Part shown: piece by piece, positions 57,208 to 64,000 of the stretch
Layout: every line of letters begins with the position of its first letter
Position numbering within the stretch: the stretch's first letter is position 1
Origin: an uncultured Candidatus Binatia bacterium
Lineage (GTDB): Bacteria > Desulfobacterota > Binatia > Bin18
NCBI GenBank assembly: GCA_965214605.1
Contig: OZ243961.1
Coordinates: 1,568,001 to 1,632,000 of the forward strand
Length of the DNA: 64,000 bases
Reading direction: 5' to 3'
Translations under genes and position numbers: made by a program
Notes under the pieces: model-generated
Databases searched by the model: none
Told to the model about the DNA's origin: nothing
What the model saw: only the letters and a program-made list of their open reading frames with translations

Positions 57208-57654
57208 TTAGGCAGCTCTGGGGAGCGCCGGTTCCTCTTCTGTCTGCTGGACCTGGAGGCGCTTAATCCATTCCAGATCCCGCTTCTTCCAGACATACAC
57301 CAGCCCGACACCAAGAATCCCGAGAAAGAGAAAAATCTCCGTCATGGCAAACAACCCGTTGCCAGCCAGCACAAAATCCCGAAATGCCACCGCAACCGGA
57401 TAGATAAAGGCGACCTCAATATCAAAAATCACAAAAACAAGAGCGATAAGATAAAACCGGATATTGAAGTTAATCCACGCACTGCCGGTCGGCAGCTCGC
57501 CGCACTCGTAGGTGGTTAGCTTTTTGGCCTCAGGGTTATGGGGGCGCAAAAAGCTGCCTAGGATAAGATGAAAGGCACCCAGACCGAGCCCGATGAGGGT
57601 GAATACTAAGACATTGCCGAAATTAAAATACACCGCTTTACTCCTGACCGACAT
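57208..57654 (-). CDS. nuoA: NADH-quinone oxidoreductase subunit A
   Basis: YECG, FVIFDIE, YVWKKRDLEW. Confidence 0.95.
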   Translation of the reverse strand: MSVRSKAVYFNFGNVLVFTLIGLGLGAFHLILGSFLRPHNPEAKKLTTYECGELPTGSAWINFNIRFYLIALVFVIFDIEVAFIYPVAVAFRDFVLAGNGLFAMTEIFLFLGILGVGLVYVWKKRDLEWIKRLQVQQTEEEPALPRAA

Positions 57655-58222
57655 TCACGCCGTTTTCCTGCATCTCCCCACCCTGGCCGTTGGAGCAGGT
57701 GGGAGCGGTGCCAAACGGCGCGGCTTCTCTATATCCTCCCTGTCCACGATGGGCAAGCTCTTCCCGGAGGCCGGCCCTATCAGCAATCTGCCCGAGCGAG
57801 ACACTCGCTAGGTATTCGGCAAGCCGCCGCTGGGCTTCGCCCCAGACAGAGATCTGGTGACACACCTCGCAGTACCGACATACCTGTTTACCCTCTTCGA
57901 GGCATTCCATCAGCAGGAGAGGGCCTTCAAGGCATTCATAGACCTCCTTGAGGTTGATGCACGCAGCCGGTTTCTTGAGGCTGAAACCGCCTCGGGCTCC
58001 CATATACGACTCCACCAGATTGCCTCCGGCGAGTTGCTTCATAATTTTCGACAGAAAATGGGAGGGAATATCCTGTTTGATCTGGATTTCGCGCCGAGAA
58101 ATGACTGTTCCATACGGCTGAGCAGCGAGGTAGGACAGGGCTCGTACGGCATAATCGACCCGTTTGCCGATGTTCATCAGCGAGCTGCGCTCCACCGATT
58201 TCGGCTTGCCTGTCTTGCTCAT
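57638..58222 (-). CDS. Rrf2-family transcriptional regulator with Fe-S-type Cys motif
   Basis: DYAVRAL, wHTH, GARGGF, C-x7-C-x2-C-x2-C; alternative start at 58177. Confidence 0.92.
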   Translation of the reverse strand: MSKTGKPKSVERSSLMNIGKRVDYAVRALSYLAAQPYGTVISRREIQIKQDIPSHFLSKIMKQLAGGNLVESYMGARGGFSLKKPAACINLKEVYECLEGPLLLMECLEEGKQVCRYCEVCHQISVWGEAQRRLAEYLASVSLGQIADRAGLREELAHRGQGGYREAAPFGTAPTCSNGQGGEMQENGVNVGQE

Positions 58223-58233
58223 ACCTCTTGCCT

Positions 58234-58764
58234 TTAGGCAGCCATCCCTCGAAGCTTTTGCTTCTGTGAATGAATCTTTCTCTGGAGGGCCATCAAGGCA
58301 TCCAGGACATTTTCTGGACGGGGCGGACAGCCCGGCACATAGACGTCGACCGGAACGATGCGGTCAATACCAGCCACGGTGGTGTAATTGTCATAAAATC
58401 CACCGGTCGAGGCACACGCCCCAAAGGCCATCACCCATTTGGGCTCGGTCATTTGTTCGTATACCCGCTTTAGAATAGGCGCCTGACGACACGTCACCGT
58501 CCCTATCACCATGAGCAGATCGGCTTGACGCGGACTAAAACGCGGCAGTAGGGCCCCGAAGCGATCAATGTCGTAGGGTGTCATCGACAGGGCCATATAT
58601 TCCATGGCACAGCACGCCGTGGCAAACGGATACGGAAAGATAGAGTATTTCCGCGCCCAGCCGATGGCCTTGTCAATTTGGGTGAGGACAACCGCGTCGC
58701 CAAGGAGGGCTTCATCCCCGCCTTGCAGACGCGGGGTCGTGGTCAAGGTCTGGTTATGTTCCAT
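58234..58764 (-). CDS. nuoB: Second, divergent NuoB paralogue
   Basis: [31 protein letters not shown]. Confidence 0.92.
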   Translation of the reverse strand: MEHNQTLTTTPRLQGGDEALLGDAVVLTQIDKAIGWARKYSIFPYPFATACCAMEYMALSMTPYDIDRFGALLPRFSPRQADLLMVIGTVTCRQAPILKRVYEQMTEPKWVMAFGACASTGGFYDNYTTVAGIDRIVPVDVYVPGCPPRPENVLDALMALQRKIHSQKQKLRGMAA

Positions 58765-58799
58765 TGTCTGACCTCGTGGTCCAGCGTGGACGCTGGCAG

Positions 58800-59204
58800 C
58801 TACGCAGCCTCATCGCCCGACTTGTCGTCCTTCTCACGCCAGTCTGCCACAGCTGATTTAATCGCGTCCTCGGCCAAGACCGAGCAGTGAATCTTGACTG
58901 GCGGCAGGGATAATTCCTTCACAATCTCGGTATTTTTGATCTTGTAGGCTTCTTCGACCGTCTTTCCTTTGACCAGCTCGGTCACATAGCTGGAAGAGGC
59001 AATCGCCGAGCCGCAGCCGAAGGTTTTGAAGCGGGCATCCTCAATGACCTCGGTGTTAGGGTTGATTTTGAGCTGCAGCTTCATCACATCCCCACACTCA
59101 GGGGCACCAACAACACCGGTGCCAACATTATCTTCGTCTTTGGTAAAACTGCCAACGTTCTTGGGATTTTCGTAGTGCTCAAGTACCTTATCTGTGTAGG
59201 CCAT
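58800..59204 (-). CDS. iscU: Fe-S cluster scaffold IscU
   Basis: GAPECGD, FKTFGCGSAIAS, LPPVKIHCS. Confidence 0.96.
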   Translation of the reverse strand: MAYTDKVLEHYENPKNVGSFTKDEDNVGTGVVGAPECGDVMKLQLKINPNTEVIEDARFKTFGCGSAIASSSYVTELVKGKTVEEAYKIKNTEIVKELSLPPVKIHCSVLAEDAIKSAVADWREKDDKSGDEAA

Positions 59205-59267
59205 AAGCTGCTCCTTTCGGGACACGCCCCTCGTCATAAGACTCAGAATATGTCAATTCGTGTCGCT

Positions 59268-59298
59268 AAATATAGACTGTTAGAGTCTAAGTTGTCAA
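59268..59298 (-). promoter_or_regulatory. sigma70 promoter with embedded palindromic operator (site 1, upstream of iscU)
   Basis: Minus strand TTGACA-N18-TATATT; TAGAC-N7-GTCTA at 59273-59289; repeated at 63011-63041. Confidence 0.8.
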
Positions 59299-59318
59299 CG
59301 TGGCCAAGGTCAGACTTC

Positions 59319-60038
59319 TTACCACTTCTCATATTTTACCGCGCGGCGCTCATAGCCGGCGGTCCGCAAGAGGTCACGGAGCTGTAAGATCCGATTGCCA
59401 ATCCCGCAAATATAAAAATGGCGAGACCAGTCAGTGTTGCGTTTGACATAGCACGCTTCGACATGAGTGAGAAGATCGCCCCGTAGTCCGTCCCAGTGCA
59501 GAGAGGGGTGACGCAAAAGAGGATGGAAGGTCAACACGGCGTGCGAGCGGGCCCACCCTTCCAACTGTTCCCGATACAGCAGATCTTGTTCGTGGGCCGT
59601 TCCATAGACCAGGACAAGGGGCCGCTGCGGACCACTATCAAGGGCCCGCCGAAGCATGGGCCGAATAGCCGCAATCCCAGTCCCCTCGGCAATAAAGACG
59701 CACTCAGCCAGCGGGGCTTTGTCAAGCACAAAAGCACCCCAGGGACCGGAAAAAGACAGCGTATCGCCGAGTCTTCGGGTGAATAAATAATGCGAACCCG
59801 GTCCACCGGGTACACAGTTCAAACAGATTTCCAGCAGCTCTTCATCTTCGGGATTCGAAGCAATCGTATACGCCCGAGTCAAAGGTTTCCCTCTTCCCGG
59901 TAACTGAAAGGACAAGAACTGGCCCGGTCTGAAGCTCAGACGTTGGTCGGCGTGGAGGCGCAGAAAAAACGAACGGGTATCGGGCGCATGCTCAACAATG
60001 CGCTCAATGACAGCCTGGTAGGGTGGAGCCTGTTGCAT
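59319..60038 (-). CDS. FAD/NAD(P)-binding oxidoreductase, ferredoxin-NADP reductase-like
   Basis: PGQF, RAYTIAS, GTGIA, YICG, C-terminal YEKW. Confidence 0.88.
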   Translation of the reverse strand: MQQAPPYQAVIERIVEHAPDTRSFFLRLHADQRLSFRPGQFLSFQLPGRGKPLTRAYTIASNPEDEELLEICLNCVPGGPGSHYLFTRRLGDTLSFSGPWGAFVLDKAPLAECVFIAEGTGIAAIRPMLRRALDSGPQRPLVLVYGTAHEQDLLYREQLEGWARSHAVLTFHPLLRHPSLHWDGLRGDLLTHVEACYVKRNTDWSRHFYICGIGNRILQLRDLLRTAGYERRAVKYEKW

Positions 60039-60059
60039 GGAGGAGGAGAAGCTGGACTC

Positions 60060-60413
60060 TTACACCTGTTGGTTAATCGTATACTTGGGGACGAGGATGG
60101 TGATATGCCCAGCCTCAATGACAGCCTGACAGCCAAGCCGAGAGCTGGGCGTCAAACCCGGCGCTTTATCCAGCATATCCTCCTCAGATTCTTCGCTCTC
60201 CGAGAGATATTCTTCACCAGCCTTGATAATCACATGACAGGTCGTACACGCGCAGTGACCGCCACAAGCGTGTTCAAGCGTGAGCTGATGGCCGAGGAGT
60301 ACATCCAGAATCGACCCCGGTTGTCCGTCGTCTTGAAAAGGCGCATCGGCCGGATCGAATTCGATGAGCCGTTCCGGATCACCTGTCTCGAAGAGCACCC
60401 GTAGCGTAGCCAT
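60060..60413 (-). CDS. fdx: ISC-type [2Fe-2S] ferredoxin
   Basis: HACGGHCACTTCHV...EEDMLD...SRLGCQ. Confidence 0.92.
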   Translation of the reverse strand: MATLRVLFETGDPERLIEFDPADAPFQDDGQPGSILDVLLGHQLTLEHACGGHCACTTCHVIIKAGEEYLSESEESEEDMLDKAPGLTPSSRLGCQAVIEAGHITILVPKYTINQQV

Positions 60414-60420
60414 CGGGGTA

Positions 60421-61470
60421 TCACAACTGCTGCAGCACCTGCTCAGCAATACTCACAAACCCCCGACTCTGGGGGTGATCAGGCTGAGAGACGACGAGGG
60501 GCGTGCCGCTATCCCCGCCGGAGACAATATCGCGTAGCAGCGGAATTTCGCCCAGCAGGGGCACCTGAAACTGCTCGGCCACCTGCCTGCCACCCCCCTG
60601 ACTAAAAACGTGGGCATGGTGCCCACACGAACTGCACACCAGATAGCTCATGTTTTCAACCACCCCTAGCACGGGCACCTTGACCTCTTCGAACATTTGC
60701 ACGCCACGACGGACGTCCATCAGGGCCACGTCTTGAGGGGTGGTGACGATCACACCGCCCGAAAGCGGAGCTTTTTGCACAATACTCAGCTGAGCATCGC
60801 CCGTACCAGGCGGCAGATCTATGACCAAAACGTCCACCTCTCCCCACTCGACATTCCGCAGAAACTCGGTCAGCAGTTTATCGACCATCGGCCCGCGCCA
60901 CACCGCCGCCTGCTCATCGGCCAGCAGGAAGCCCATGGACATCACTTTGATACCATACTTTGTGAGGGGAATAATCTTTTTTTCTGGGGTGCTTGTAGGC
61001 CGCTCCTTTAGGCCTAGCATCAGGGGCACACTAGGACCGTACACATCAGCATCCAAAATACCGATGCGTTTGTTGATCGAAGCCATCGCTGCCGCCAGAT
61101 TCACCGATACGGTGGATTTTCCGACTCCCCCCTTCCCGCTCGCCACCGCAATAATGTGCTCAATGCCCGGAAGACGAGGGGTGGACGGGTGACCCTGAGG
61201 TTGAGTCCGAGGCACCGGTCGCTCGTCGCCACCAGGCTGCAGGATCTCGACCTCGATCGGCAACGCAATCTGGGACGCCAGCGTGGCCTTCACGTCGCGC
61301 CGGATCTGCTCAATAACGTCTTTATTTCCAGTCGAGGGCGCAACCTGGACCACAACCCGTGACACTCCAACCGCAATGTCCTTGACCATCCCAAAGGAAA
61401 CAATATCGCGGCTAAATCCGGGATATTTAACATTTTTGAGGAACTCCATCAGTTCTTGCGGGCTTGGCAT
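60421..61470 (-). CDS. Mrp/ApbC (NBP35 family) Fe-S carrier ATPase, paralogue 2
   Basis: N-terminal DUF59-like domain, GKGGVGKST, DLPPGTGD, ENMS...CSSC. Confidence 0.95.
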   Translation of the reverse strand: MPSPQELMEFLKNVKYPGFSRDIVSFGMVKDIAVGVSRVVVQVAPSTGNKDVIEQIRRDVKATLASQIALPIEVEILQPGGDERPVPRTQPQGHPSTPRLPGIEHIIAVASGKGGVGKSTVSVNLAAAMASINKRIGILDADVYGPSVPLMLGLKERPTSTPEKKIIPLTKYGIKVMSMGFLLADEQAAVWRGPMVDKLLTEFLRNVEWGEVDVLVIDLPPGTGDAQLSIVQKAPLSGGVIVTTPQDVALMDVRRGVQMFEEVKVPVLGVVENMSYLVCSSCGHHAHVFSQGGGRQVAEQFQVPLLGEIPLLRDIVSGGDSGTPLVVSQPDHPQSRGFVSIAEQVLQQL

Positions 61471-61479
61471 ACGTCTCTC

Positions 61480-61794
61480 TTATTCTTGTCGGGACTCTTT
61501 TGGCCGGCTTTCCGCGTCTTTCCCCAGTTCTCTCAGGTAGTCAAAAGTATAGATACCATTCTCGCAGTCTTTCCAGACGATATTCAGGGCGTAGTTACCA
61601 ACCGGGCGGATATCCACCAGCTGCGGGTCGTCGACAGTGACAAAATGACGCTCCCCGCTATGGCCTTGGCACATCGCACACGGGCACCAGCCGCGCAGAT
61701 AGGCGAACGAAAACCGGCTCAGCTCGTCATCATCCCACAGGATACGCAGCTGCTTTTCTTCGTCGATGGGGGTCACCAATGTTGGTTTGGGCAT
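61480..61794 (-). CDS. DUF971 / GBBH-like N-terminal domain protein
   Basis: LRGWCPCAMC, VGNYAL, GIYTFDYL. Confidence 0.88.
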   Translation of the reverse strand: MPKPTLVTPIDEEKQLRILWDDDELSRFSFAYLRGWCPCAMCQGHSGERHFVTVDDPQLVDIRPVGNYALNIVWKDCENGIYTFDYLRELGKDAESRPKESRQE

Positions 61795-61826
61795 ATCCGT
61801 TCGCCTTACATGTATAGCGCAGAGAG

Positions 61827-62906
61827 TTAGTGTACGGACTGACCCCGGCGTTGAACATTGAGTTCATCGGCTTCCATAACACGCTGGGCAATCGCCCTGA
61901 ACTCCTGCGAAACAGGATGGTCAGGATTGGCAAGAATCAGCGGATTGCCACGATCACCGCCGAGCCGCAAATCTTCAACCAGTGGGACCTCGCCCAATAC
62001 AGGCAGGCCGATCTTTTTCGCCCCGCCCCGGCCAAAAACCTCTTCCTGATAATTGCACTCAGGACAGATAAACAGACTCATGTTCTCAATGACGCCCAGA
62101 ATGGGAACCTGCACCTGCCTGAACATGGTAATACCACGCCGCACATCGAGCAGCGCAACATCTTGCGGGGTGGTGACCACTACCCCGCCGTTGAGCGGAA
62201 CTTCTTGGGCCAGCGTCAGAGCAATATCACCCGTGCCCGGTGGCAGATCGACAATCAAATATTCCAACTCACCCCAAATCACGTCACGCAAAAACTGACG
62301 GATAATACCCATCACGATCGGCCCTCGCCAAATGACCGGGGACTTGTTATCCACAAAAAACCCCATGGAAATGAGGCGTATTCCATGTTGTTCAACCGGA
62401 TAGATCTTCTTGTTGTGCCCTGCCCGAGGCGTCGCCTGGGTCCCCATCATGAGGGGGACACTCGGCCCATACACATCCGCATCAAGCAGTCCGACAGTCT
62501 TGCCTAAAGCCCCCAGCGCCAAGCTCAGGTTCACCGCCACCGTGGACTTGCCAACCCCGCCCTTGCCGCTGGCAACCGCAATAATACGCTGTACGCCAGC
62601 CACCACCGTGGGCTCTTTCATTTGGGGTCTCGCCTGCGCTCCGTGCTGCGCGTGCGGCTGGGCTTGCCCGCCGGGGATATGGACGTGCACCTGTTTAACC
62701 CCTGGGGTGGATGACAGCGCCGTCGTAATCCGGGCTCTCAGGTGCTGCAGTACCCGCTCCTGCGCGTTCGTTGTCCGTAGATGGACAACGACCGTACCGT
62801 CTCGAATGCCGATACTGCCAACTAGGCCGAGCGTCACGATGTCGTGTTTTGAACCGGGATACTCAATCTGTGTGAGCTGATCGCGAATTTCCTCTTCGCT
62901 TGGCAT
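61827..62906 (-). CDS. Mrp/ApbC (NBP35 family) Fe-S carrier ATPase, paralogue 1
   Basis: N-terminal DUF59-like domain, GKGGVGKST, WRGP, DLPPGTGD, ENMS...CPEC. Confidence 0.95.
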   Translation of the reverse strand: MPSEEEIRDQLTQIEYPGSKHDIVTLGLVGSIGIRDGTVVVHLRTTNAQERVLQHLRARITTALSSTPGVKQVHVHIPGGQAQPHAQHGAQARPQMKEPTVVAGVQRIIAVASGKGGVGKSTVAVNLSLALGALGKTVGLLDADVYGPSVPLMMGTQATPRAGHNKKIYPVEQHGIRLISMGFFVDNKSPVIWRGPIVMGIIRQFLRDVIWGELEYLIVDLPPGTGDIALTLAQEVPLNGGVVVTTPQDVALLDVRRGITMFRQVQVPILGVIENMSLFICPECNYQEEVFGRGGAKKIGLPVLGEVPLVEDLRLGGDRGNPLILANPDHPVSQEFRAIAQRVMEADELNVQRRGQSVH

Positions 62907-63010
62907 ACGTCTTCCTTGAGAAACCGGGTCGTAGGCCCAGAGAAAGAGAGCTCGCCTCTCTTTTCTTTTTTCAGGTTTTCAGTATCTCGGAGAGCTTTTT
63001 CATGAGCTCA

Positions 63011-63041
63011 AAATATAGACCTTAAAGGTCCATATTGTCAA
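63011..63041 (-). promoter_or_regulatory. sigma70 promoter with embedded palindromic operator (site 2, upstream of mrp)
   Basis: Minus strand TTGACA-N18-TATATT; TAGAC-N7-GTCCA at 63016-63032; same layout as 59268-59298. Confidence 0.8.
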
Positions 63042-63110
63042 GCCCGGCCTCTTTTGGTCGGGACGTCCAGCTCTCCTGAGGAGCAAGAAATTTTTTCCTG
63101 CACGTGCCTT

Positions 63111-64000
63111 TCACGTAACCATCTTCTTCGGACTCGGCTGCACGTGACCCAGCACGGGATGCGGCTGATAAGGCTCTTCTAGCCTGGCTACCTCCTCGGC
63201 ACTCAGCTGGATATCGACCGCCTCAAAAATCTCTTGCAAGTGATGGATCTTGGTTGCCCCGATAATCGGCGAGGTCACGCCCGGAGCTTGGAGCACCCAT
63301 GCACACGCCATCTGGGTTGGACTGACACCATGTTCGTGGGCCAGCTTCTCGACGGTCGAGGCGACCATAAAATCATTCTCGCGGAAATAGTTCTGGCGAG
63401 CAAAGGCGTCGGTTTGGGCACGTTTCGTCACTGCCTTCCCCCCTTCGGGGGCCCGGTTTCCAGCAAAAAATCCGCGTGCCAGCGGACTCCACGGAATCAG
63501 CCCAACGCCCTGATCGATGCACAGAGGGATCATTTCCCGCTCTTCTTCGCGGTAGATCAGATTGTAGTGATTCTGCATAGCGACAAACCGCTGCCAGCCG
63601 TTTTCTTTGGCCGTGTAGAGCGCTTTCGAAAACTGCCAGGCTGCCATACTGCTAGCCCCCAGATAGCGCACCTTACCGCTCTGGACCAGAGCATCGAGCG
63701 CTTCCAGCGTTTCTTCAATCGGCGTGTTAAAGTCCCAACGATGGATTTGATACAGGTCGATGTAGTCCATCTTGAGCCGTCGCAGGGAATTCTCGCATGC
63801 CTCAACAATATGCTTCCGGCTCAACCCCCCGCTATTTTCGCCGGCCCGCATCTTGCCCCATACCTTGGTTGCCACCACAATATCGTCACGCGCAGCCATC
63901 TCGTTTAGCCAATGTCCGGTGATCTCCTCGCTCAGCCCGATCGAGTACACATCGGCCGTATCGAAAAAATTCACCCCAGCCTCAAGCGCCAGCACAAAAT
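63111..64000 (-). CDS. Aldo/keto reductase (YajO-like), 5'-truncated by the window edge
   Basis: FFDTADVY, VATK, IDLYQIHRWD, GKVRYLGAS, PWSPLARG. Confidence 0.93.
   Translation of the reverse strand, partial: FVLALEAGVNFFDTADVYSIGLSEEITGHWLNEMAARDDIVVATKVWGKMRAGENSGGLSRKHIVEACENSLRRLKMDYIDLYQIHRWDFNTPIEETLEALDALVQSGKVRYLGASSMAAWQFSKALYTAKENGWQRFVAMQNHYNLIYREEEREMIPLCIDQGVGLIPWSPLARGFFAGNRAPEGGKAVTKRAQTDAFARQNYFRENDFMVASTVEKLAHEHGVSPTQMACAWVLQAPGVTSPIIGATKIHHLQEIFEAVDIQLSAEEVARLEEPYQPHPVLGHVQPSPKKMVT

Noticed and set aside
54916-58764. Group 4 NiFe hydrogenase interpretation of NuoD plus the extra NuoB
   Set aside because: NuoD lacks both CxxC Ni-binding motifs and keeps quinone-site residues; both NuoB copies have the tandem CC typical of complex I
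59251-59256. Second TTGACA (minus strand) upstream of iscU
   Set aside because: No -10 element at 16-18 nt spacing and the nearby GAC/GTC spacing is N9 rather than N7

Overview
Bacterial core-genome window; gene order and protein sequences suggest a 'deltaproteobacterial' lineage such as Binatia/Desulfobacterota (inference only). Almost everything is on the minus strand. In coordinate order: a partial unannotated ORF, trpA-B-F-C-D, a SPOR protein, the alpha/spc/S10 ribosomal superoperon, tuf-rpsG-rpsL, rpoC-rpoB, rplL-J-A-K, nusG, secE, a second tuf, tRNA clusters (12 tRNAs in total), rlmB, lptFG (plus strand), rpsI-rplM, lon-clpX-clpP-tig, an 11-subunit complex I operon without nuoEFG, and an Fe-S module (Rrf2 regulator, second NuoB, IscU, FNR-like reductase, ferredoxin, Mrp-DUF971-Mrp), then a partial aldo/keto reductase. 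Three signals stand out. (1) RNA polymerase beta' carries a ~230-aa non-intein, partly low-GC in-frame insertion inside the trigger-loop SI3 domain. (2) The N-module-less complex I and the Fe-S module appear to form one regulon: two near-identical promoters each contain a TAGAC-N7-GTCYA operator. (3) NuoL has an exact 26-aa duplication in helix HL (a 2M-type signature) plus an extra C-terminal TM helix, although the operon has only one nuoM. rplX, fusA, adk, infA and rpmG are absent from their usual positions. No CRISPR array, rRNA gene or recognisable mobile element was seen.
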